A stretch of 61,880 nt of DNA from Deltaproteobacteria bacterium (GTDB taxonomy: Bacteria; Myxococcota; B64-G9). The stretch is from the NCBI GenBank assembly GCA_030622135.1, contig JAUXGL010000004.1, forward strand, positions 1 through 61,880, in the 5' to 3' direction. The stretch's first letter is position 1. Every line of letters starts with the position of its first letter. The notes below the pieces were generated by a model. That model did not search any database, was not told the DNA's origin, and was given only the letters and a program-made list of their open reading frames with translations. Positions 18,517-26,574 of the stretch are shown in pieces. Both the position numbers and the translations under genes were made by a program.

Positions 18517-20061
18517 TCATTTATCCAGAGGAAGCTTTTTACCCAGTCCGTACTTCGAAAGCTTCTTGATCAGGTTCGATCGGCTAATCCTCAGTTGCCG
18601 GGCCAGGTGTGATTTGTTCCCTCGGGTGCGGATGAGGCCCTCGTGGATGATCTGCCTTTCGAGGATCTCGACGGCCTGTTTCAGATCCTGGGTGTCATTC
18701 AGCGCCTGGGCCAGCGCCTGGGAAGTTCCCCCGGCGGATTCGCGAATGCGCAGGGAAACATGCTCCGGTGGCAGGACTGTGTCCTTTGGAGACAGTGCCA
18801 ACAACGACCGGATCTCCTCCTTGAGCTCGGTGGCGTTGCCGGGCCAGTGGTACCGTTGGAGCAACGATAGGGATTCCGGGTGTAGGCGGGCGGGCGGTTT
18901 TCCCCCGGATGTATACTGACGGATGAACAGATCGGCCAGGGGGCCGATGTCCTCCTGGCGTTCTCTCAGCGGGGGAATGTCCACCCGGTAAGGCGCCAGC
19001 CAGTCTGCCAGGTCCCGGCGCAGCCGTCCCTCGGCCACCTCCGCCTCCGGATCCCGTTTAAGCCCGAATAACAGGCGAACGTTGGCCTCCACGGGGCGAT
19101 CGGAGCCCACCGGCACCAGGGTTTCTTCCTGGAGCAGGCGCAGCAGTTTTACCTGCACCGTTGGAATCATCCAGGCGCCCGGGTGAAGATAGACGGTTCC
19201 GCCCCGCGTGGACTCCAGCACACCAACTTTTCCCAGGGGCCCGCCGCGCACCTGGCCGAAAAGCTTGGTTTCGGTAGTCAAAGCGTCTGGGCTGCCCGCG
19301 AACACGACGAAAGGACTGGTTCGCCGGGGACCGGAGGCGGCCACGGTGCGGGTCAATACTTGCTTGCCGGTTCCTTGCTCGCCGACCAGGAGAATCGGCG
19401 TGGAAGAGTGCGATACCTTCTTCAGGCGGGCAAGCACGTCCGCCATGTTGGGGGAGCGCTGGACGACGCTTTCGAAGGGGACTCGGGTATCATGAAGGGA
19501 AGTCGTCTCTCGGCGGGCCAGCTCCTCTTCGAAGGCGGCCATCTCTCCGGCTCCGTACACCAGCAGGTCTTTCAGTCTCTCGATGTCCTCCCGTCCCAGC
19601 ACGGGGACTCGCTCGCCCGGCAGCGTGTTTTTTCCGGAAAGGATGTCCAGGACGGCCCCGCGCAGGCGGGTGATGCGTGTTCGGCTGAGCTCGCGGCTCG
19701 AGAATCCGCAGGCGAAGACGAATCCACGGTACTGCCCGCGGGCATAGACGGGCGCGGCGGCCATCTGCAGACCCAGATGGCAGGAATGCAGCAACCGGCC
19801 GTGCGACCGCGTGCCGGGCCGCAGCAGCCGGTGGATTTCCCGCACGCTGGAGAGGCACCGGCGACGACCGGCCTTGGAGCCCAGCATGATCCGGCAGAAG
19901 TCGTTCCCGGCCGGCGGCACCGGTTCCGGCCTGCCCCATGAATGATCCGACAGGTGCCCGGAGGCGGCGGCGAAGCCGATGTCCACCTGCCACCACTTGC
20001 GGATCACCTCCCGCAGCATCGAGACGGTATGGAGCCCCAGGTAGGAACGAGGATCTTTCAT
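18517..20061 (-). CDS. PocR-sensor / degenerate sigma54-activator-like AAA+ / Fis-type HTH regulator
   Basis: PocR-like N-terminus (FCR...CL...CHLGL...APV), Walker A GEQGTGK, QVKLLRLLQE, WPGN, C-terminal HTH; GAFTGA and Walker B are missing. Confidence 0.85.
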   Translation of the reverse strand: MKDPRSYLGLHTVSMLREVIRKWWQVDIGFAAASGHLSDHSWGRPEPVPPAGNDFCRIMLGSKAGRRRCLSSVREIHRLLRPGTRSHGRLLHSCHLGLQMAAAPVYARGQYRGFVFACGFSSRELSRTRITRLRGAVLDILSGKNTLPGERVPVLGREDIERLKDLLVYGAGEMAAFEEELARRETTSLHDTRVPFESVVQRSPNMADVLARLKKVSHSSTPILLVGEQGTGKQVLTRTVAASGPRRTSPFVVFAGSPDALTTETKLFGQVRGGPLGKVGVLESTRGGTVYLHPGAWMIPTVQVKLLRLLQEETLVPVGSDRPVEANVRLLFGLKRDPEAEVAEGRLRRDLADWLAPYRVDIPPLRERQEDIGPLADLFIRQYTSGGKPPARLHPESLSLLQRYHWPGNATELKEEIRSLLALSPKDTVLPPEHVSLRIRESAGGTSQALAQALNDTQDLKQAVEILERQIIHEGLIRTRGNKSHLARQLRISRSNLIKKLSKYGLGKKLPLDK

Positions 20062-20101
20062 GGGATACCGATCATAGGAGAATCCAAATAGGGCTGCAAG
20101 C

Positions 20102-20135
20102 GAACGTGAACGTGAACGTAGAACGTAGACGTGAA
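20102..20135. repeat. Tandem GAACGT hexamer array in a divergent intergenic region
   Basis: gaacgt gaacgt gaacgt a gaacgt a gacgt gaa. Confidence 0.8.
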
Positions 20136-20174
20136 GTGTAGCGGTAGGAGGCCGGATCGACTAGGATACGGGGC

Positions 20175-21755
20175 GTGACTACCCAATTGCTCATCCGGGA
20201 TGTGCGCGTGTCGCTGGAGGCGGCCGGGGAGGATCCGATCGTGCTGGCGGCGGCGCATCTTTGCGTTCCGGCCGACCAGGTGACCGGTGCGGAGATAGTG
20301 CGGCGTTCCGTCGACGCACGCCGGGGGCGGCCGCGGTTTACGCTTTCCATGCACGTGCGCCCCGAGGAAATCCCCGCGCGGCTTCCCCGGGGGGTGGTGG
20401 TGGCGCCGGAGGAAGATCCCCTGTCTCCCCCGCCGAAGGTATCCGGCCGGCACGACGTGGCGATCGTGGGCACGGGTCCGGCGGGATTGCTCGCGGCCCT
20501 GCGGCTCTGCGAGGCCGGGCTTAAGCCCACCCTGGTCGATCGAGGCCGGGAGTTGGAGAGTCGCCGGCGAGACGTGTCCGACCCGTTTCAGAACGGCCGG
20601 CTGGATCCGGAGTCGAACCTCCACTTCGGGTTCGGGGGGGCGGGCGCTTTCTCCGACGGGAAGCTGTTTTCCAGAAAGACCCATCCGGCCGTTCGCACCG
20701 TGCTGTCGGTGCTGCAGAAATACGGGGCCGGCACTCACGACGAGATCCAAGTCGATTCCCAGCCGCACGTGGGCACCGACCGCTGGCCGGCGGTACTGGA
20801 GCGCTTTCGCGAGGATTTGGAATCGAGGGGGTGCTCGTTCTTGTTCGAGACCAAGGTGACCGGCCTGGAGGTATCCCGGGGCCGGCTGTCCGCGCTGGTC
20901 TTTTCGGAGGGGCGGCTGCCCTGCGAGGCCGCGATCATGGCCCCGGGAAACAGCGCGAGGGATCTCTTCGCAGGGTTGCACGCGGCAGGGGTTTCCCTCT
21001 CCCCCAAGTCGTTTGCCGTCGGCGTGCGCATGACCCATCCCCAGGACATCATCGACCGCCTTCAGTATCGCGGCTACGCCGGCCACCCGGCCCTGCCGGC
21101 GGCCTCCTACCAACTCACCGAGAAGATCTGTGACCGAGGGGTCTACTCGTTTTGCATGTGTCCCGGCGGCACGGTGATCCCCACGCCCACCGAGCCCCGG
21201 CGCCTGGCGCTCAACGGCATGTCGAATGCCGCCCGCGACTCCGGGGAGGCCAACGCCGCCGTGGTGGTCACGGTCTCCCCCAAAGACACGGGCTCAGCCG
21301 ATCCACTCTCGGGGATCGGCTTCCAGCGCCGACTGGAGGAAGTTGCCTACCAGGCGGGCGGAGGCGGTTACCAGGCTCCGGCCCAGCGCCTGCGCGAGTT
21401 CATCGAGGGTGTAAAGCCGACCGATCTCCCCGAGGTCAACTACCGCCCCGGCGTGACCCCCGCCGACCTGCACAAGCTGCTCCCCGGCTGGATCGCCGAT
21501 CCGCTGGTGAAAGGAATGGTCGCATTCTTCAAGAAGATGAAGGAGCTCGACTCTCCCCACGGTGTCGTTCTGGGTTTCGAAACCCGCACCTCCAGCCCGG
21601 TGCGCATCATCAGGTCGGCTGACGGCATGAGCCCCCAGGTGGCCGGATTGTTCCCCGCCGGCGAAGGCAGCGGCTACGCCGGCGGGATCACCTCCTCGGC
21701 CGTCGACGGCATCCGCGCCGCCGACGGGCTGATCCACTGGCTGGGGCGCTCTTGA
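20175..21755 (+). CDS. NAD(P)/FAD-dependent oxidoreductase (COG2509-like family)
   Basis: IVGTGPAGL, GGAGAFSDGKL, YSFCMCPGG, ETRTSSPVRI, GEGSGYAGGITSSAVDG. Confidence 0.92.
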   Translation: MTTQLLIRDVRVSLEAAGEDPIVLAAAHLCVPADQVTGAEIVRRSVDARRGRPRFTLSMHVRPEEIPARLPRGVVVAPEEDPLSPPPKVSGRHDVAIVGTGPAGLLAALRLCEAGLKPTLVDRGRELESRRRDVSDPFQNGRLDPESNLHFGFGGAGAFSDGKLFSRKTHPAVRTVLSVLQKYGAGTHDEIQVDSQPHVGTDRWPAVLERFREDLESRGCSFLFETKVTGLEVSRGRLSALVFSEGRLPCEAAIMAPGNSARDLFAGLHAAGVSLSPKSFAVGVRMTHPQDIIDRLQYRGYAGHPALPAASYQLTEKICDRGVYSFCMCPGGTVIPTPTEPRRLALNGMSNAARDSGEANAAVVVTVSPKDTGSADPLSGIGFQRRLEEVAYQAGGGGYQAPAQRLREFIEGVKPTDLPEVNYRPGVTPADLHKLLPGWIADPLVKGMVAFFKKMKELDSPHGVVLGFETRTSSPVRIIRSADGMSPQVAGLFPAGEGSGYAGGITSSAVDGIRAADGLIHWLGRS

Positions 21756-21930
21756 AGTTTCTCCAGACGGAGGGCTGGCAGGCCGGTCCTGACGGGATGA
21801 ACGGGTGATCGAGATGCGATATCTTGGTGCAAAAAAAAGCGGCGAGATGGGCGTGGCTAGGTTCCCACCTTCGCCGCCGTCGGGATTAAACCAATTAGTA
21901 AGGAGGGAATACATGCAGTGCGTTTGAAGT

Positions 21931-21946
21931 TGGCACAAAATGTGCT
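21931..21946 (+). promoter_or_regulatory. Putative sigma54 (-24/-12) promoter
   Basis: TGGCACaaaatGTGCT with correct GG-N10-GC spacing, about 85 bp upstream of ATG 22032. Confidence 0.55.
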
Positions 21947-22031
21947 TGCAGGACTGGCCAAATGCGGCCGAATAAGAGGGGTGTCAGGGTCTGACCCCCA
22001 AGAGGTAAACAAAATGAGAGGAGTGAATAAA

Positions 22032-24056
22032 ATGAAAGGCATCAGAAATACAGTCTGGTTATTTTCCCTGATCGTCTTTTCAACCACCGCCTGGGCGGAC
22101 CAATCTCTGTTGAACCGATGCAAACGGAACGGGCAGCGATATCTGGAAAGGGCCAAGAAAGCCGATGCGTATGCCAGGGACAAGGCCAACCATGAGCGGA
22201 TTGTGAGGACCTTGAGGAATCAAGACATTGGAAATGGCAAGATACAAGGTATCACTTTCGATGGTCAACCACGGTTTGAAGCCTGGGCGAAGGACTGCGT
22301 CACCGCTGGTTGGAGCGAGAAGATAAAGGATTTGCCGGGGTACAGTGAGGTCCTTAAGTATTACGAGGAGACCAAGGCTATCTATAGCAATCTAGACAAT
22401 AAGTATATCCCGGAGCTGTATAAAAAAAGCCAGTCCGCGGTGTTGGACAAGGGGCCTGGAGGTGACAAGAGGGTTGTCCTCGACCGATGGGACGCCCGCC
22501 CCAGGCGCTGTATCGAGTCGGGGGAGTGGGACGAAGCGGCCGGGAACGCGCCTGTAAAATCCAGGACCACCGCTCGCATTGCCGGTTTAGAGGACGAGGG
22601 GAAGGACAAACGAATTCACTCCAAGGTGTTCTCTGGCAAGGGCAGCGCGGGCCGCTGGCCCAGTGGCATGACCGCCTGGGATCACTTGGTCCGGATCGCC
22701 TGCGGCGCGGCAGTCGAGGGGATCGACCCCGTCTTTAGGCCCAGGCGACAGATCTACGGCAGCCAGTTCCTCGAGGGCGATTCCCGCATCGTTCTGGCCA
22801 GGGCCATCATCGAGGGGACCGACGACGCCGGCCACAAGCTCCTGTACAAGCTGGCCCAGATCCAGGAGGCCTTCGGAGCTACGGAGTGGAATGCCAAGGA
22901 AGACTACGAGGCCTTCCTGTACTCCAACGATGCCATCGGCAAGCCGCCCGCGGAGGCAAAGGTTGCCTCGGTCATCGACAGGCTGTTTCCCGGGCGCAAG
23001 TACGAGAAGGACAACCTGCTGTTCGTCTACCGGCGGGGCATCAAGGCCATGAAGGAGATCGCTGCCGTCTTCGACAAAATGGAATCCAGGTACCCGCGCA
23101 TGAAGGCCGTATACCGTGATTCGGCCGTCCAGGCGCGACGGCGTTGGCAGAAGCGCCGCAAGCGCTACGCGAACGCATACCGCATCCTGGATCCAATCAC
23201 CGCCAGGCTACTCGATGATCCCACCTCGGAGTCGCCGGCTGACTGCGAGTCGAAGCTGCTCGGCCTGCGCGCGGAGCTAGCCAGGAAGATCAAGCCCAGG
23301 AACGAGGAGGCGGTTGGCAAACTGCGTGTCGAGCATCCACTCGGCTACCAGATCACCGAGGCGCTGGCTTACTGCTACCTGGGTAAGGGCAAGTTTGCCA
23401 GGGCCAAGCTGGAGGCGGACTCGCTCAAGCGGACCAACCGCCGGGTGAACCTGGGAGAGGAGATCTTCTACTCCCGCCGGGACGCCATCGGTGCGCTGGA
23501 GCAAAAGATCGGGAGCGCCGAGAAGATCCGCAAGCTGGTACCCAACTACACCACCCACTCGCTCGGCATGCCGGTGCCCGGATCGGTGCAGTACAGCCCG
23601 CGGTTCCACGCCGCGATAGACTCCCAGGGCAACTTCCGAATCCGTGGCGAGAACGCCCGCGAGCCGGCCGTGGTGGCCGCCAAGAAAAAGGTGCCGGCTG
23701 GCGTGAAACTCGTTTTCAAAAAGTACACCTTCACCTACAAATACCGGGACACGAAGTGCAAGGACACCGGCAAGGTGGATCGCTACGAGTTCACTCCGAG
23801 CGGCAACAAGACCACCGTGAGGCCGATCTATCGCCAGAAGTGCTGGGAGGTGGGCCCGGTCAAGAAGAAGCGAATCACTTACCAGGAGAAGCCCGTGATC
23901 ATCCCGAAGGCCGATGCGGTCAATATCAAAAAGGGCATGCAACTGACCGTCTTGGACAATCTGGACTTGGCCGGCGACGCGGTCATCATCGACTGCTGGT
24001 GGCCTAAGAAGGGTAAGAAGAGTGCCCTGTTGCTGCAAGGGATTCCGATCCGGTAA
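22032..24056 (+). CDS. Secreted Lys/Arg-rich hypothetical protein
   Basis: GAGGAG RBS; signal peptide MKGIRNTVWLFSLIVFSTTAWA; long open frame with paired cysteines. Confidence 0.8.
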   Translation: MKGIRNTVWLFSLIVFSTTAWADQSLLNRCKRNGQRYLERAKKADAYARDKANHERIVRTLRNQDIGNGKIQGITFDGQPRFEAWAKDCVTAGWSEKIKDLPGYSEVLKYYEETKAIYSNLDNKYIPELYKKSQSAVLDKGPGGDKRVVLDRWDARPRRCIESGEWDEAAGNAPVKSRTTARIAGLEDEGKDKRIHSKVFSGKGSAGRWPSGMTAWDHLVRIACGAAVEGIDPVFRPRRQIYGSQFLEGDSRIVLARAIIEGTDDAGHKLLYKLAQIQEAFGATEWNAKEDYEAFLYSNDAIGKPPAEAKVASVIDRLFPGRKYEKDNLLFVYRRGIKAMKEIAAVFDKMESRYPRMKAVYRDSAVQARRRWQKRRKRYANAYRILDPITARLLDDPTSESPADCESKLLGLRAELARKIKPRNEEAVGKLRVEHPLGYQITEALAYCYLGKGKFARAKLEADSLKRTNRRVNLGEEIFYSRRDAIGALEQKIGSAEKIRKLVPNYTTHSLGMPVPGSVQYSPRFHAAIDSQGNFRIRGENAREPAVVAAKKKVPAGVKLVFKKYTFTYKYRDTKCKDTGKVDRYEFTPSGNKTTVRPIYRQKCWEVGPVKKKRITYQEKPVIIPKADAVNIKKGMQLTVLDNLDLAGDAVIIDCWWPKKGKKSALLLQGIPIR

Positions 24057-24078
24057 AATTTGGGGGGATTTGGGGGAC

Positions 24079-24098
24079 GGAGGTACATCAACTCCCTG
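24079..24098 (+). repeat. 20-bp exact repeat ggaggtacatcaactccctg preceded by G-tracts, copy 1 (copy 2 at 33279-33298)
   Basis: Direct sequence match; both copies lie between convergent genes. Confidence 0.85.
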
Positions 24099-24145
24099 AA
24101 AAACAGGTGCTTAGCGAACCTCCGTTCCTCAGCGCATACGACGTT

Positions 24146-25234
24146 CTAGCGGCAATCATTCTCCGTCAAACCAGAGCGCTCCAGGCATGTATGGTACTTC
24201 TGCTTGTTATGCCGCATCCCCGCGCAATCGCTACAGATCTTGCGGTGATGCTTCCGCTTCCACTGCCGGTACTCCTTTTCCTGCCTTTTGTCACCAGCCG
24301 CCTCGGCCCTAAGTTTCTTCTTGCTGATCGGATAACTGTAAACTCGCAGGCTGAAAGGACCGTTGCCCAGGTCGTGGATCTTGCTCGAATCTTGAGCCCT
24401 TCCCCAGATCGCCTGGATGTCGAGCTTCCAGGCGCCGGATGTCTGCGGGCAGCCCATGGAGCCGATGCCACCTGGACCATGAACGAAGGAGGATTGGTTA
24501 GTGCTGTCCGGTTTGATAGTAATGAGATCAACTCCTCCCTTCTTGGCATGGCTGGAGAAGGACGCTCCGGCTTTCAGACGAATCGCGGCCAGATAGCATC
24601 TGCCGCGCTTGACCTTCAAGTTGAACGGCTTGAACTTTTCGAGGAGCCCATCCATTGCGGCGCCCTGGGGTCTGGCCCTGTGTTTCTTGATCTTACTGGC
24701 GATGGTTTTTTCCATCGCCGAAGCGCTATACCGAAACTCCGGCTGGCTGTTCGGGTCGATGGGCTCTCCCACCCCGTAACTGCACTCCCCGGCAGCGAGC
24801 TCCTTGCCACTGACGCTGACAATGACGCGGAGCTTGTGCGGCTGGCCATCCCCAAGAAGGCTGATGATCTTTTCATAGTCTGGATCGGGGTCAGCTTTGA
24901 TGAAGTCGAAGGTGACGAATTTTCGATTTTCTCCCCGGAAGAGCTCCCAGTCCCCACGATAAAGAAGCTGGCCGTCGCCGAATATCTCGGCGGTGACCTT
25001 CTTTATTTTCTCGTCGGGCGGGCGCAAGATCGCCAGAGCGGAGAGACGGCTTCCGGGTGGCAGCTCCTTCAGGAGCGTTGCGCGGTGGAAGAAATCAGGG
25101 TCAATGCGGTTGTCGCTGAAGACGACCTTGCCGATATACTTATCGGCTCTGCCGGCGCTGGCGGACCCGGGCGTTGAAAGAACGAGAACCGCGACGGCGG
25201 CAAGAACAAGAAAACGCGAGTAGTGTGTGATCAT
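24146..25234 (-). CDS. Secreted hypothetical protein with Cys-containing C-terminus
   Basis: AAGGAG RBS; signal peptide MITHYSRFLVLAAVAVLVLSTPGSASA. Confidence 0.78.
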   Translation of the reverse strand: MITHYSRFLVLAAVAVLVLSTPGSASAGRADKYIGKVVFSDNRIDPDFFHRATLLKELPPGSRLSALAILRPPDEKIKKVTAEIFGDGQLLYRGDWELFRGENRKFVTFDFIKADPDPDYEKIISLLGDGQPHKLRVIVSVSGKELAAGECSYGVGEPIDPNSQPEFRYSASAMEKTIASKIKKHRARPQGAAMDGLLEKFKPFNLKVKRGRCYLAAIRLKAGASFSSHAKKGGVDLITIKPDSTNQSSFVHGPGGIGSMGCPQTSGAWKLDIQAIWGRAQDSSKIHDLGNGPFSLRVYSYPISKKKLRAEAAGDKRQEKEYRQWKRKHHRKICSDCAGMRHNKQKYHTCLERSGLTENDCR

Positions 25235-25279
25235 TGCATCTCCTTCTTGAGTAGTGTGTGATCATTGCATCTCCTTCTT
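25218..25279. repeat. 31-bp perfect tandem duplication spanning the RBS and start codon of 24146-25234
   Basis: gagtagtgtgtgatcattgcatctccttctt x2 (25218-25248, 25249-25279). Confidence 0.95.
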
Positions 25280-25368
25280 GTATATACAATCCCGCTGGAG
25301 AAGCAAGTGAGAACCTGCCTTGACTGGATTAATTGTCGCTGACAGGTTTCTTTCTAGCAGATCCTGGG

Positions 25369-26544
25369 TTACTTCTCTTTATGGGAGGGCATTTTTAAGG
25401 TTTTCCCGAACAGGATCACTGCTTGTCCCACCGGCGGCATGGTTTGGTAGCGCAGCTTGTTCCCCTCGAAGACCGGCATCCCTGCCCAGACGGAGGCCCG
25501 CAGCAGGCTTTGAAAAACCTCGTCGTCTTTCATCCGGGCGGCGGCGGCGATGGCGAACCCGCTGGCCGAGGGACCGAATCCCAAGATCACGGGCCCGCTG
25601 TCCACGTCGGCGGTCCCGTCCTGCTCCTTTGGAAACTCGCGCACGGCCCCGAACCCCAGGCCGGTGCGGATGAAGTGCCGCTTGGCCAAAGCGTACTGAC
25701 CGGTGGCGAATTTTTCGTCGAAGTCCCTGATGAAATGCAGCCCGTACATTACCGAGACGCCCCGGGGCCCCTGGAGCACCTTGTGGCCGGCCGGCTGGAT
25801 GTAGGTGCAGAAGAGACCGGTCTCCCCGTCCAGGTAGTGGGCTTTGACGCTTTCTACCAGCTTGTCTTTCAGACCGGAGATGTCCTTTCCGAAAGCGTTG
25901 TGGTAGCGTGCCAGGGCGGACATGGCCACGAAGTTGTCAGACAGCCACCACATGTCTGGATAGCTGGGCAGAACGCCCTGCCGGGATTCAGAAAACGATT
26001 CAATCAGGGCTGCGGCAATCCGGTGGACCAGCTTGTCGTAGCTATCGTCGCCGGACACCTCGCGGTAGCGCATGACCACGCTGAGAAAGTGCCCGTGCAC
26101 GAAAACCGAGGGTGTGAACTCCTCCCGGCCGAACGGCGGCCCGAAGTGGTGGGCGATGAACCCGCTGAGCCTTGGAGTTTGGAGCGCTTCGATGACGAAG
26201 TGCACTTCATCGAGCGCCTCTTCGCGAATTTCAGGATCGTTTTCGGCCAGGTTGACGCAGGCATAGCCGAAGTAGCAAAACGACATGAACGGCCATTCCG
26301 CCTCGGGAATGTTGTAGGTCCACCCGTCGGTCATAACCGCCGGGCCGTCCAGATCGATCCCGCGGAAGACCTCCTTCAAATAGCGAAACTCGGCCCGGTA
26401 CCCATCCACGGAAAGCGGTGCGGGTGCCGACAAACTATCCCGGACAATTTCCCGCATTTCCCCTCCACCGGACAAAACCCCCAAGACCGCCCCCGAACAG
26501 ACCAGGACGGTGCCCAATACCAGAATCCAGTGTTTCGATCTCAT
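25369..26544 (-). CDS. Exported alpha/alpha-toroid protein, linalool dehydratase/isomerase-like
   Basis: N-terminal TM/signal; SYP..WW..DN, RGVS and DVDSGPVILGFGPSASGFAIAAA motifs. Substrate unknown. Confidence 0.6.
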   Translation of the reverse strand: MRSKHWILVLGTVLVCSGAVLGVLSGGGEMREIVRDSLSAPAPLSVDGYRAEFRYLKEVFRGIDLDGPAVMTDGWTYNIPEAEWPFMSFCYFGYACVNLAENDPEIREEALDEVHFVIEALQTPRLSGFIAHHFGPPFGREEFTPSVFVHGHFLSVVMRYREVSGDDSYDKLVHRIAAALIESFSESRQGVLPSYPDMWWLSDNFVAMSALARYHNAFGKDISGLKDKLVESVKAHYLDGETGLFCTYIQPAGHKVLQGPRGVSVMYGLHFIRDFDEKFATGQYALAKRHFIRTGLGFGAVREFPKEQDGTADVDSGPVILGFGPSASGFAIAAAARMKDDEVFQSLLRASVWAGMPVFEGNKLRYQTMPPVGQAVILFGKTLKMPSHKEK

Positions 26545-26574
26545 GGGTATATTTTACAAAATCCGATACTGAAT

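Noticed and set aside
25218-25279. 31-bp repeats as a CRISPR array
   Set aside because: The copies are directly adjacent with no spacer, and no cas genes are present.
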